Source of the DNA: an uncultured Bdellovibrionales bacterium | GTDB taxonomy: Bacteria; Patescibacteriota; Minisyncoccia; Moranbacterales; UBA1568 | Direction: 5' to 3' | Length of the DNA stretch: 64,000 bases | Assembly: GCA_964543815.1 (NCBI GenBank) | Contig: CAZIZG010000001.1 | Location: 116,265-180,264 of the forward strand | In this document: one piece after another, positions 46,950 through 56,940 of the stretch | How positions within the stretch are numbered: the stretch's first letter is position 1 | How the letters are laid out: every line of letters begins with the position of its first letter | Translations under genes and position numbers: made by a program | The notes under the pieces: generated by a model | Databases searched by the model: none | What the model was told of the DNA's origin: nothing | Seen by the model: the letters and a program-made list of their open reading frames with translations, nothing else

Positions 46950-48410
46950 TTAGTGGAGTTGAATCATTGAGAGGCTTGCCGCTGCCTGTTGAATAAGCAT
47001 AGAGAGAGTCTCGGGAACATACCAGCTCAGTACCACAAGGAGAGCTAGCAAAAAAATGAGTGGTACTTGGGTCAACTGGTTGGATTCACCTGATGTTATC
47101 CCTTCCGGCACCTTACCATACAGCATAGTCATCAAATGCTTCAGAAACCCAAAGAACACGATGCCGAGTGCCAAAATCACTACCGCTACCACATACGGGT
47201 AATGCTCCATGCCCGCCGACAAAAGCAAAAGCTCCGTCGTAAACATTCCGAATGGTGGCAATCCAAGAAGAGCAATAAAGGCCACAAAAAAAAGTGGGCC
47301 AGTAACTGGTAGCGTTCGCATCATACCACTGATATGACGCATCTTGGTCGAGCTGTATTTGAGAAAAATATTACCCGCAACAAAGAAAATAAGAGCCTTG
47401 CCAAGAGCATGGTAGAACATATGGAGCAGCGCCGCAAATGTCCCCACACCACCGAAGCCAAAACCAAGTACCAAGAGTCCTGCATGTTCAATACTCGAAT
47501 AAGCCAATAATCGTTTATAGTTTTTCTGAATGAAAATAATGAGCGCAGCGAAAACAATCGAAAGTACTCCAAAGAACAAAAAGAGTTCCGCAGTAAAAGA
47601 AGATTGTAGTGCCGTATCCGTAAGCGCCTTAAAACGAAGTACCGCTACAATCGCCACATTAAGCAGCACACTAGAAAGAAGTGCCGCAATAGGAGTTGGG
47701 GCCTTGGAGTAAGTATCCGGCTTCCAGGTATGCATCGGGACGAGTCCAACCTTGGTGCCATAGCCCACCAAAACAAAGATAAATGCAATCTTGACAATGA
47801 GTGGCTCCATTGAAGTAGCGCTGTCACGAAGCAATTCCCAGGTAATAGACCCTTCTCTCATTTGTGGCAGAGCCAGAAAAAGGAGTGTTCCGAGAAGCGA
47901 CAGAAGTAACCCCAAGGAATTAATAATGAGATACTTCCAAGCAGCTTCCGTAGCAGACTGTTTGTTGTAAAAACTAATGAGAAAAGCAGTCGAAAGTGTG
48001 GTTGCCTCGATAGCAATCCACATCACCACCGGACTCATAGTAGCCACGGCCAGAAACATGGCGAAAAAGAATAATTTGAGTAACAGAAAATATTGGCGCA
48101 CACGACTCGGTCCAATAATCCTCTTCTCTACTTCTGCTCGCAAATACCCAATTGAATACAGACTAGCAAAGAGACCCACCAAAGCAATAATGAAAGAAAC
48201 ATACACTCCAAGCGCATCAAGAGAAAAGAGCTGAGAGGCCTCTACTGCGCCACGATCCACAACTCCGGGGATAAGCGCCAATACAAGGCCAAGCTCAATG
48301 ATACTCGATAAGAGCACTGTCTTTTCGATAAGACGCGTGTGTTTCGATTGAAGGAGCGCAATGAAAAATGCGGCAAGAAACGGAACAGCAATGAGATAAG
48401 TAAGCAGCAT
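46950..48410 (-). CDS. HyfF-like proton-translocating antiporter subunit
   Basis: WIAIEATTL, EAAWKY, GYGTKVGLVPMHTWKPD, KRLLAYSSIEH, GLPPFG.F.TE. Confidence 0.92.
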   Translation of the reverse strand: MLLTYLIAVPFLAAFFIALLQSKHTRLIEKTVLLSSIIELGLVLALIPGVVDRGAVEASQLFSLDALGVYVSFIIALVGLFASLYSIGYLRAEVEKRIIGPSRVRQYFLLLKLFFFAMFLAVATMSPVVMWIAIEATTLSTAFLISFYNKQSATEAAWKYLIINSLGLLLSLLGTLLFLALPQMREGSITWELLRDSATSMEPLIVKIAFIFVLVGYGTKVGLVPMHTWKPDTYSKAPTPIAALLSSVLLNVAIVAVLRFKALTDTALQSSFTAELFLFFGVLSIVFAALIIFIQKNYKRLLAYSSIEHAGLLVLGFGFGGVGTFAALLHMFYHALGKALIFFVAGNIFLKYSSTKMRHISGMMRTLPVTGPLFFVAFIALLGLPPFGMFTTELLLLSAGMEHYPYVVAVVILALGIVFFGFLKHLMTMLYGKVPEGITSGESNQLTQVPLIFLLALLVVLSWYVPETLSMLIQQAAASLSMIQLH

Positions 48411-48414
48411 AAAA

Positions 48415-49074
48415 TTATTCTTCAATGAGACGTTTCATCTTATCAACGTTGAGCGATCCAAACTGACGGTAAATCATTGAGATAAAGATTTGAGCAATAA
48501 TCATCCAGATCACGATATCAAAAATAATGCCCATCTCGAGAGCGGCTGGTTGCCTGATACCAATAAAGGAACCTAAAAGCAATATACTATTCTCGAGAGA
48601 AAGAATTCCTATCACTTGTGAAAACGCCCCTCGTCGATTAATCAGAATGAATATAGAAACAAGAATGATAGCCAAATTGAGTGGCAACACGCCGAACGCC
48701 TCAGGAACCAAAATACCGAGAGGTAAAAATACTTGCGAGTATGAAAAGAGTACCAGTCCCATCAGGACGACGAGCGTCATTGGCGTCGAAAGATAGTTAT
48801 TAGCCGTAAAACGTGTGCCATATCGCCGAATGAGTCGGCTAAAGAAAATAGGTGCCACCCCGGCCTTAATAAAGAGAGTCAGTGCGGCAACCAATACCAA
48901 TCCACGATCTCCTTCCGAAAGACCAATCCAAAAGAGAAACGAAGTCACTACAAGTGACTGGACAAAATACAGCCGGATAAGACTGCGATGGGTCTTGACC
49001 AGATGCATGGCCATGGTAGCAAGAAAAGCAATCAAATCGAGAGAGAAGTACAATTCGTGAGAGTGTTCAATCAT
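48415..49074 (-). CDS. HyfE-like membrane subunit
   Basis: IKA..AP, QVIGILSLEN, EMGIIFD; operon position. Confidence 0.88.
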   Translation of the reverse strand: MIEHSHELYFSLDLIAFLATMAMHLVKTHRSLIRLYFVQSLVVTSFLFWIGLSEGDRGLVLVAALTLFIKAGVAPIFFSRLIRRYGTRFTANNYLSTPMTLVVLMGLVLFSYSQVFLPLGILVPEAFGVLPLNLAIILVSIFILINRRGAFSQVIGILSLENSILLLGSFIGIRQPAALEMGIIFDIVIWMIIAQIFISMIYRQFGSLNVDKMKRLIEE

Positions 49075-49084
49075 AACAATCGCA

Positions 49085-50050
49085 TTAAAAGGTAATCGTC
49101 ACTGAGAGAGCGATGACGGAAAGAACAAAGGAGGTAAACAGCAAGTCTGGAACGCGAAAAATACGGAACTTGGCCATGGTTGACTCAATAAAGGCAACAC
49201 TGAAAAGAAGTAGTAACGCCTTCACGGTAAACCACAGCCCAGATGTAAGGAGGAGAGAAGGAAGGAGTGATGTGGCAATACCCCACGGGAAAAACACGTT
49301 TGCCCCCAGAGCAACAAAGATAAGTAGTTTGCTCCAACTCGCCCACTCGATAAGCGCTAAGCGTTTACCGGAGTACTCCAGTATCATGGCTTCATGAATC
49401 ATGGTCAGCTCCAGATGTGTAGCGGGATTATCGACCGGGAAACGGCCGTTTTCTGCTAAGAGAGCAATAAAGAAAGCAAGGAAGGCAATCACGAGTGGGA
49501 GATAGGACTGAAATGGTAAAGACCCCAGACTTTCTGCCATCGTCATCACATTTCCCGTCTGGGCAATAACAGAAGCCACTAAAAGTGAAAAGAAAAGACC
49601 CCCTTCAGCTAAAGCAGCCATTGTCATTTCACGACTTGAGCCAAAACCACCAAACCCACTTCCGATATCCATCCCGGCCAACGCCAGGAAGAATGTCCCG
49701 AGCGCAAAAAGATAAATAAGTGTAATAAAATCACCGCTCGCCAAAAACGACAACGCGTACGGTGTACCCTCAAAGAGAGAAGGTGCAACGGTTGAAAATA
49801 CCGGGACACTCGCCCCAATGAGCAAGGTCACGGCAAAAATGAGAAAAGGAGCAAACCGGAAGACCCAAGAAGCATCCTCAGAAATGACTTCGTCTTTATG
49901 AAATAACTTCCACAAATCACGGTATGGCTGAAACACACTCGCTCCCTCTCGATTCTGCATACGAGCCTTAATCTTGCGAATAATCCCTACCGAAAGTGGC
50001 GAAAGCGCCGGGATGAGTAGGAGTTGGAAAATAAAAATGAGAATATCCAT
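49085..50050 (-). CDS. HyfC/HycD (NuoH-like) membrane subunit
   Basis: RKIKARMQNREG...QPYRDL.KLF.K, GSSRE, AENGRFPVDNPATHLELTMIHEAMILEYSG. Confidence 0.93.
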   Translation of the reverse strand: MDILIFIFQLLLIPALSPLSVGIIRKIKARMQNREGASVFQPYRDLWKLFHKDEVISEDASWVFRFAPFLIFAVTLLIGASVPVFSTVAPSLFEGTPYALSFLASGDFITLIYLFALGTFFLALAGMDIGSGFGGFGSSREMTMAALAEGGLFFSLLVASVIAQTGNVMTMAESLGSLPFQSYLPLVIAFLAFFIALLAENGRFPVDNPATHLELTMIHEAMILEYSGKRLALIEWASWSKLLIFVALGANVFFPWGIATSLLPSLLLTSGLWFTVKALLLLFSVAFIESTMAKFRIFRVPDLLFTSFVLSVIALSVTITF

Positions 50051-50060
50051 ACGTAAAAAA

Positions 50061-52121
50061 TTATGAGCGGGTCGTCCAATACAATAACACTACGAGTGTT
50101 ACAAACACGTAAAGAATATAGGCGTTGACATTGCCACCATGAATCCGTCGCATCTTAGAAGCAGCAAAATGGAGCACAGTATGGAGCGGACCATAAATCA
50201 TTTGATGATATGGGTCAGCAAGAGATGTCTTTACTTCTTGTGACTTGATGAAGTACCGCATATTTTCATCATGATACTCGACCTCTGTCTGCTTGGTTGG
50301 CCGAAGAATACCCCGAAAAATAGTCACGAGTGCCCGTGAAAAACTCGTGGCGGTTATTTCTGTTCTTGACGTAAGGGGTGTCCCGCAATCCCACGTTCGG
50401 CTTAGGGTAACGGTGCGCTTACGAGTAAACCAAACAACGAGACCACTTACAAAAGCGAAGACCAAAACGAGAGCAATGGCGACGGCATCAAGTGGTAAAA
50501 CATTGGCAAACTGTTCACGAGCAGCAACAAATTGAGCAAAAGGAAATTCGTAGGTCGCCTGATTTATCAAACCTATACTCGCTATGATGGCCACGAGCGA
50601 GGCAATCACTATTCCCGAGAACAAACCTAAAACAAGAGTGAGAAGAGCCAGCAAGCTCATACTCGCTATCATTGTGGCACCGCTTTCAGACACCACGCGC
50701 GGCTCAGCCTGTCGGGAACGAGCCAAAAAGGTGGTTCCGAAAGCCTTTACAAAACAAGCAGCCGCTAGTCCCCCGGTAAATGCCAGGCTAGCAATCGCAA
50801 AAATAAACACTGCCTTAACAGCAACACTGGTTGAGCCAATACCAACAAAAAGCGCCTGAAAAGTAAGCCACTCACTCGCAAAACCATTAAAAGGCGGGAA
50901 GGCAGAGATAGCAAGCGATCCAATAAGAAATAGAAAGGCAGTGTACGGCATAAAACGAATCAGTCCTCCATAGGCCTCCATATTTCGTGTGCCCGTACTC
51001 GCTACTACCGATCCAGCACCTAAAAACAAAAGGGCCTTAAAAATGGCGTGGTTCATGGTGTGATAGAGTGCTGCCGCCAGCGCAAAGAGAGCAAACGTTT
51101 CCAATCCAAGAGCAAAGAACGTAATCCCTGCACCAAAACCAAGAAGGATAATCCCAATATTTTCGATACTATGGTACGCTAATAATCGCTTAATATCATG
51201 CTCCGAAAGAGCATAGAGCACACCCAAAAGAGAAGAAAGGCTACCCAAAATCAGGAAGACGAGACCCCACTCAAGAGTTGCGCCTGGAAAAAAATCAAAG
51301 AAAAAACGAATGAACATGTAGATGGCTGTCTTGATCATTACACCAGAGAGCAGGGCCGATACATGCGTCGGAGCCGCAGAATGAGCGCCTGGTAGCCAAA
51401 TATGCACTGGGATGATACCCGCTTTAATACCAAACCCAAGCAACGCCGCTAAAAGAATGAGGTTGTGCATGAGCGGAGCAATCGTTCCTGCTACGGACCG
51501 CCAGTCATCAAAGTCAAAGGACCCTGTCACCCGATAGGCAAGAAAAAATGAAAGCGCTATCGCCAGAGTCCCAAAATGAGTCATGAGGAAATACAAGAAT
51601 CCAGCCCTGATACTCTCTTGTTTTTTATACTCATAGATAACCAAGAAATACGAGGCAAGAGACATGCACTCCCAAACCAGAAGAAAGAACAAGGCTTGAT
51701 TAGCCATAGTCACAAGCATCATGCTCGCGATGAAGGTATTGTAGAAAAAACCAAAGGTACCCAAATTATACTTACCATAAAAATGCTTCTGATAAGAGAA
51801 GCCATAGAGCGCTGAGGCAGCAGCGATGAGTGATACTAGACCGAGAAAAAATGCCGAAAGGCCATCCAACCGAAAGGAAAAATCAAATATACCTGGCAAT
51901 ACCCCCGGAAAGGAAAAAGCTATCCCCTGGCCAGCAATCAACACCTGAGCCGAAAGGACCAGTCCGAAGAGAGAGCCAATAAGCGCCACGCCGTGTGAGA
52001 AATACCCTGCTGTCTTGCCCTGATCAGCTACCGCCCGAGACAGCAAAAGCGCCCCTAAAGCACCCACAGAAAAAATGGAAAGCAACGCCATGATACTCGT
52101 AGATGCAAAAAGAGAATCCAT
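50061..52121 (-). CDS. HyfB-like (NuoL/MrpA-related) antiporter subunit
   Basis: WECMSL, KAGIIPVHIWLPGAH.AAP..VSALLSG, KRLLAYHSIENIG, NHAIFKALLFL, PPFNGF.SEW, TWDCG. Confidence 0.93.
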   Translation of the reverse strand: MDSLFASTSIMALLSIFSVGALGALLLSRAVADQGKTAGYFSHGVALIGSLFGLVLSAQVLIAGQGIAFSFPGVLPGIFDFSFRLDGLSAFFLGLVSLIAAASALYGFSYQKHFYGKYNLGTFGFFYNTFIASMMLVTMANQALFFLLVWECMSLASYFLVIYEYKKQESIRAGFLYFLMTHFGTLAIALSFFLAYRVTGSFDFDDWRSVAGTIAPLMHNLILLAALLGFGIKAGIIPVHIWLPGAHSAAPTHVSALLSGVMIKTAIYMFIRFFFDFFPGATLEWGLVFLILGSLSSLLGVLYALSEHDIKRLLAYHSIENIGIILLGFGAGITFFALGLETFALFALAAALYHTMNHAIFKALLFLGAGSVVASTGTRNMEAYGGLIRFMPYTAFLFLIGSLAISAFPPFNGFASEWLTFQALFVGIGSTSVAVKAVFIFAIASLAFTGGLAAACFVKAFGTTFLARSRQAEPRVVSESGATMIASMSLLALLTLVLGLFSGIVIASLVAIIASIGLINQATYEFPFAQFVAAREQFANVLPLDAVAIALVLVFAFVSGLVVWFTRKRTVTLSRTWDCGTPLTSRTEITATSFSRALVTIFRGILRPTKQTEVEYHDENMRYFIKSQEVKTSLADPYHQMIYGPLHTVLHFAASKMRRIHGGNVNAYILYVFVTLVVLLYWTTRS

Positions 52122-52124
52122 AGA

Positions 52125-52664
52125 TTAGGAATTAACGGAAGTATTTTCAACTTCAATATCCTCAAAAATTTGAAGCAGTGCCGCTAATACGGCTTTGGGT
52201 GATGGTGGATCACCAGGAATTTTGAAGTCTACAGGAATAACGTCTTCGACACTATTGTGAATACCATACGAATCACGATAAATCCCTCCATCGATAGCCC
52301 CATCCCCAACCGCCACTACAAAACGCGGGGTTGGCATCGCTTCATACGTGTGACGAAGTCCCTGTGCCATATTCCGAGAAACAGGACCCGTGACAAAGAG
52401 CATATCCGCATGACGTGGCGAGGCAACAAAGTGGATACCAAAGCGTTCTACATCATAATAAACATTCCCAAGAGCAGTTAACTCTTGTTCTTCGGCATTG
52501 CTTGATCCGGCCGCTACCTCACGAATAGCCAGTGATCCCTTAAAAAGCTTTTTGACCGATGCTTCAATTTTTTCTCCCAAAACCTCAGCGCTAAGATTCA
52601 GTAGCTCTGAGTGTGGCACCACTAATTTTGGCGTGGCGGCAATTTTACGTAACAGTCGGTACAT
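52125..52664 (-). CDS. Ehr/HyfI-like (NuoB-like) small subunit with no cysteines
   Basis: YYDVERFGIHFVASPRHAD.L.VTGPV.RNM conserved; GSSNAEE, GDGA, PGDPP replace GSCNGCE, GDCA, PGCPP. Confidence 0.92.
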   Translation of the reverse strand: MYRLLRKIAATPKLVVPHSELLNLSAEVLGEKIEASVKKLFKGSLAIREVAAGSSNAEEQELTALGNVYYDVERFGIHFVASPRHADMLFVTGPVSRNMAQGLRHTYEAMPTPRFVVAVGDGAIDGGIYRDSYGIHNSVEDVIPVDFKIPGDPPSPKAVLAALLQIFEDIEVENTSVNS

Positions 52665-52775
52665 ACAAACGGCATGGTCACTTCGTGACCAGAATTACAG
52701 AAAAACACAGCCGAAACCCTCTTTTCGGAAACACTCCCATTCTACTCTTTTCGAACTTTTTGTCCAGTCCTAGCC

Positions 52776-53384
52776 CTAAAGCGATTTTTTTTCGTACGTT
52801 TCACGGAGAAACCCAATAATCGCTGGGGCAAAAGAAATAATCACGATAACAAGGATAATAGGAAGGAGGTATCGGTCTACATCAATGACACTCCCGAGCG
52901 AATATCCCATCAGCACCAAACCAAGAGTCCATGCGAGCGATCCAATAAGGTTATAGATAAAAAACGTTCGATAACGCATATTGGCTACCCCGGCCACGAT
53001 AGGAGCGAAGGTACGGACAATGGGCATAAAACGAGCCAAGACAATCGTTTTGGGTCCGTGTTTGTCGTAAAAAGCCTGTGCTTTCAAAACGTGGGCTTTT
53101 TTAAAAATGAGCGAATCCTCACGGCTGAAAATTTTTGGACCAACCCTTCTTCCAAATTCATATCCAAAAGCATTTCCCAGTACCCCGGCCAGAAAGATAC
53201 CCCCGAGCAGCAATGGGAGAGAAAACAGGTTTTGGGAAGCCAAAAAACCTGCCACGAACAGAAGACTGTCTCCTGGGAAAAAAAACCCGAGAAAAAGCCC
53301 AGTCTCAGCAAAAACAATAGCAAATACCCCAATATACCCGATAGTTTCAATGAGCGAAACCAAATTTACACCAAAAAATTCCAT
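52776..53384 (-). CDS. dedA: DedA family (VTT domain) membrane protein
   Basis: FAETGL..GFFFPGDSLLF.AG, ARFMPIVRTFAP.VAG. Confidence 0.95.
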   Translation of the reverse strand: MEFFGVNLVSLIETIGYIGVFAIVFAETGLFLGFFFPGDSLLFVAGFLASQNLFSLPLLLGGIFLAGVLGNAFGYEFGRRVGPKIFSREDSLIFKKAHVLKAQAFYDKHGPKTIVLARFMPIVRTFAPIVAGVANMRYRTFFIYNLIGSLAWTLGLVLMGYSLGSVIDVDRYLLPIILVIVIISFAPAIIGFLRETYEKKSL

Positions 53385-53449
53385 ATATATCAACCATGAA
53401 TTACCTCTTCAGTATACCCGAGGCACAAAGAATCAGGAAGCCCTGCTCA

Positions 53450-55540
53450 CTAACGTGAGAAGTCCGCGTCAAGAAGTATGGCCAGCTTACTCGGTAGCAT
53501 ATTTTTCCGAGTAAGCTCTCTTAGACCTTCTCCAAAGGCCTTGCGAAGACTCTCATTTCCAAAATCAATGTCTAATGACTCTACGATTGCCCCTGATTCT
53601 TGAACCAGCTGTACTTTACGAGCAGCAGCATCATCATGGAATATCTGATAATCCGCCATTACTTTTTCCAAAAGAACATCATACGCCGGTGAATCAAAGG
53701 ATGGATGAGCTTTTAATTTAGCAAACTCCTTCAAGACTTTACGGGTAATAATTTCCTGCGCCCGATAATAGCGATATCGGTCTCTCAAAATATCATCAGG
53801 CGCCTGACTGAGGCTCAAAAGTCGGCGCATGCCACGTGCGATTTGCTCAAACCAGTCAGGCTGAAAATCTTCATCAAGCGATTGAATCTGCGCTACACCC
53901 CCCTCTACTCGCTCAAGCTGCACATCGAGCTTGGTAAGTATACGCTTGTAGACCGACTCACTTACTTCACGGTACTGAAATAACAGTCCGAGGAAGTGTT
54001 TCTCAATGCCAAGGGCATACACTCGAAGCGCCTCCTCAAAATCATTCGGTGATTGATCAATAAGCCGTTCACACTCCGCTCGTTCCTTTTGCTGTCGATC
54101 CCGAATAGCTTCGGAGAGCTGATTATACGTTTGATCATTCATGTAGTTCTTATCGAAAAAATCATCCACTTTGGTTTGTCCGTAAGAAACAATATACGAT
54201 CGTGCCTGCCGATAACCAGCCTCCTCTACCGGCGATAAAGCATCTAATCGAAACCTACGAATCATCGTTCCAATCGTCAACGCCTTAACGAAAAGAGTGA
54301 AATAGATACAACCAATAGTAAGAGCGGTTATGAACTCTTTGAGACTAAATGCAAATTGCCAATGAGGCAGTGTCAAATCATCAGGAATAAGAAGCACCAT
54401 CACAACTGCCAAAGCCCCCCGCAGGCTCCCCCAAGAGAGTAGGTGTTGCCAAGTTAAAGGGATGGTAGCCTCCTTCTTACCTACGTTGAGCCACCAAGCA
54501 ATTGGATAGATAGACACCGCACGAGCGAGAGCTACCACCATCACGGTCAAAATAATTGGGACAATAAAATCCTTCAATTCAATTGGAAGGCTCGCAAAAA
54601 GAAAACCCATGGTGATAAAAACAAGTGAATTCACCAAAAATGCAAAGTACCCCCAAAAACTTTCCATGAAATGATGGCTCGAAAGCGAAAGCTTGGAACG
54701 GCCATAATTTCCGATGACCATGGCCGCCATAACAGTGGCAATAATGGAAGAAAAATGAATCTCCTGACCGAAAAGAACCAAGTGATGAGAAATAACTTCT
54801 GATAAAATGAAGGTCAGGTGTGCCACAAGCATGGTCAGAGTAATTTCAATATGTTCGTTATCATCAACCCGCTCGATAATCTTGGCAAAAAGAAAACCCA
54901 TAAGGATACCGAAGGCTACGCCTCCAAATACCATGGTGACGAACATAAAAATACCTTCGATAATCGTCCCTACGCCGGTAAACCCATGAAGAATCACCTC
55001 CAGAACCACCAGAAAAGCAGCGAGTGATGTTCCGTCATTAAAGAGACTCTCTCCCTCAAACAGAAACGCTAGGCGTCGTGGCACACCAAATTCCTTGAAA
55101 AGCGCCAGAACGGCTACTGGGTCCGTGGCTGAAATGAGGGCTCCAAAAAGAAGCGTCCCGAGAAATGGCACTTCCATCCCGATAACTTTCAATACAAAGA
55201 AAAGTACAGCCGCAATAAAAAACATTGAAACAACGAGACTCCCCACAGAAAACCATGAGACAGCCCGAATATTGGTCATCAAGTCGCGAACCCGCATATT
55301 ATACGCCGACTCAAAAATAAGAACGGGTAAAAACAGATAAAACAACAGGTCGGGCGTCAATCGAAAGGCCTGAAGAAATGAAAAAAATGAGAGCTGTGTC
55401 AGTGGCACAAGAAGCGATCCTACCAATACCAAAAGCACCGTATACGGCATACGAATGCGACGAGAAATAAAATAAGTACCCAGTGAAATAAGCATGAGCA
55501 CAAAAAACGACAGTACCATTTCGAGCGACATAGTATGCAT
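53450..55540 (-). CDS. CPA1 (NhaP-like) Na+/H+ antiporter with long C-terminal domain
   Basis: FLPVLIFESA, ISATDPVAV, EGESLFNDG, WGSLRGAL. Confidence 0.93.
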   Translation of the reverse strand: MHTMSLEMVLSFFVLMLISLGTYFISRRIRMPYTVLLVLVGSLLVPLTQLSFFSFLQAFRLTPDLLFYLFLPVLIFESAYNMRVRDLMTNIRAVSWFSVGSLVVSMFFIAAVLFFVLKVIGMEVPFLGTLLFGALISATDPVAVLALFKEFGVPRRLAFLFEGESLFNDGTSLAAFLVVLEVILHGFTGVGTIIEGIFMFVTMVFGGVAFGILMGFLFAKIIERVDDNEHIEITLTMLVAHLTFILSEVISHHLVLFGQEIHFSSIIATVMAAMVIGNYGRSKLSLSSHHFMESFWGYFAFLVNSLVFITMGFLFASLPIELKDFIVPIILTVMVVALARAVSIYPIAWWLNVGKKEATIPLTWQHLLSWGSLRGALAVVMVLLIPDDLTLPHWQFAFSLKEFITALTIGCIYFTLFVKALTIGTMIRRFRLDALSPVEEAGYRQARSYIVSYGQTKVDDFFDKNYMNDQTYNQLSEAIRDRQQKERAECERLIDQSPNDFEEALRVYALGIEKHFLGLLFQYREVSESVYKRILTKLDVQLERVEGGVAQIQSLDEDFQPDWFEQIARGMRRLLSLSQAPDDILRDRYRYYRAQEIITRKVLKEFAKLKAHPSFDSPAYDVLLEKVMADYQIFHDDAAARKVQLVQESGAIVESLDIDFGNESLRKAFGEGLRELTRKNMLPSKLAILLDADFSR

Positions 55541-55594
55541 TTTAAAAATGAGAAAACATTTCCCATGGTACTCCTCTCTTTTGTTTTGTCAAAA

Positions 55595-55626
55595 CAAAAA
55601 CCCTCTCCTTACGGAGAGGGTTTTTG
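55595..55626 (-). terminator. Terminator of rplJL
   Basis: CAAAAACCCTCTCC-gtaa-GGAGAGGGTTTTTG. Confidence 0.8.
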
Positions 55627-55641
55627 AAACCGAAACGGTAC

Positions 55642-56043
55642 TTATTTGGCAACGGCAGTAGCACCAGCCTCTACAAGCTTTTTGACGATAGCTTCGGCAT
55701 CGGCCTTAGCAATCTTCTCCTTGATAACCTTTGGGGCGGCATCTACCATATCCTTAGCCTCCTTGAGACCAAGACCAGTCACTTCACGCACTACCTTGAT
55801 GACGTTAATCTTTTGAGCACCAGCAGCAGAGAGCTCAACATCAAACTCTGTCTTCTCTTCAGCAGCTTCGGCAGCAGCGGCTGGAGCAGCACCCATCATA
55901 ACAGGAGCAGCGGCAGAAACACCAAACTTGTCCTCAAGTACGTGGACGAGCTCAGAAAGATCAAGCACGCTCATCTTTTCAATCTCAGCAACGAGCTTCT
56001 CAAACTTCTCTGGCACTACGACGTCCTTCTTTTCTTCTGACAT
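55642..56043 (-). CDS. rplL: 50S ribosomal protein L7/L12
   Basis: [48 protein letters not shown]. Confidence 0.98.
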   Translation of the reverse strand: MSEEKKDVVVPEKFEKLVAEIEKMSVLDLSELVHVLEDKFGVSAAAPVMMGAAPAAAAEAAEEKTEFDVELSAAGAQKINVIKVVREVTGLGLKEAKDMVDAAPKVIKEKIAKADAEAIVKKLVEAGATAVAK

Positions 56044-56082
56044 ATCGTTAAAATTATGGTTACTTAGTTGATGACAAATAAA

Positions 56083-56607
56083 TTAGGCTTTCTTTTCTTC
56101 TATAGCTTTCAATACCTGAACCAATCCACTCAAATTACCATTGAGAACTCGAACAAAACTGGTAATGGGTGCCTGGAGTGTTCCGACGAGCTTCGCCCGA
56201 AGTTCATCCTGGCTTGGCAATTTGGCAAGCGCCTTCACTTCGTTAGCAGTAAGCGACTTGCTCCCAAGTGCACCACCCTCGATTGAAAGCGAAACCTCCT
56301 TATTGGCTTTCTGAAAATCGGCAATTACCTTGGCGGCAGCAACTTCATCCTGAGAAAAAGCCACTCCGACCTGGCCATCGAGCGCCCGAGCGTCAACAGC
56401 GACACCTGCATCTTTCAGGGCAATATTGAGCAAGGTCTTCTTTAAAACCTGCCAGCTTGAACCGCTCTTCCGGAGCTCACGACGAATAGCCGTAATGTCC
56501 TTCACGGACACGCCCTTAAAGTTGGCAAAGACAAGAGCCTTGGACTCCTTGATTTTCTTCGCCACCTCAGAAACGAGAGCTTCCTTCTGTTGTTTCGTCT
56601 GTTGCAT
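56083..56607 (-). CDS. rplJ: 50S ribosomal protein L10
   Basis: TKQQKE, VLKKTLL.IAL, LAKLPS.DEL.AKL.G.LQAP; start at MQQTK. Confidence 0.96.
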   Translation of the reverse strand: MQQTKQQKEALVSEVAKKIKESKALVFANFKGVSVKDITAIRRELRKSGSSWQVLKKTLLNIALKDAGVAVDARALDGQVGVAFSQDEVAAAKVIADFQKANKEVSLSIEGGALGSKSLTANEVKALAKLPSQDELRAKLVGTLQAPITSFVRVLNGNLSGLVQVLKAIEEKKA

Positions 56608-56704
56608 AGCGGTATATTTAAACAAAAATCTGCGGGAAAACCGCAGACTTGAGAATTCTTTCAAAGGCTTCTGATACTATCTTTTCGACTGTTATCAGAA
56701 ATCT

Positions 56705-56785
56705 ATTCCTCGTGAGGGACTTACTTCGCTACCACTGCTACCAATCCGGCGCAGGCAGCTCATGCCTCAGGTCTACGGATATTTG
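56705..56785 (-). promoter_or_regulatory. L10 leader (rplJL autoregulatory RNA)
   Basis: Minus strand CCGTAGACCTGAGG...TAAGTCCCTCACGAGG matches the L10-leader pattern upstream of rplJ. Confidence 0.7.
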
Positions 56786-56940
56786 ATTGTGTATCTAGGG
56801 TACCAAAGGAATATTCCTTTGTCAATCCCACACTATTTCCTTGGAAAATTTCAGCGAGCAGATGCCTTGAGGCGTAGCCGCCTATCGGCTCATATCAGAG
56901 AGTATCCACACGTCTATATAGAAATTGTGCGGGATCAATG

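Noticed and set aside
45357-52664. Functional group 4 [NiFe]-hydrogenase / formate hydrogenlyase
   Set aside because: Both NiFe CxxC motifs and all small-subunit Cys are absent; no maturation genes in window
52665-52775. Fluoride or Na+/Li+ riboswitch upstream of Ehr or the antiporter
   Set aside because: No GGCGATG...TGA fluoride-riboswitch core found here, at 53394-53449 or at 55541-55640; only short hairpins
56830-56930. Possible ncRNA (SRP or 6S) between rpsP and the L10 leader
   Set aside because: Only two short hairpins; no SRP GGAA-loop/GCAG motif or long 6S-like duplex
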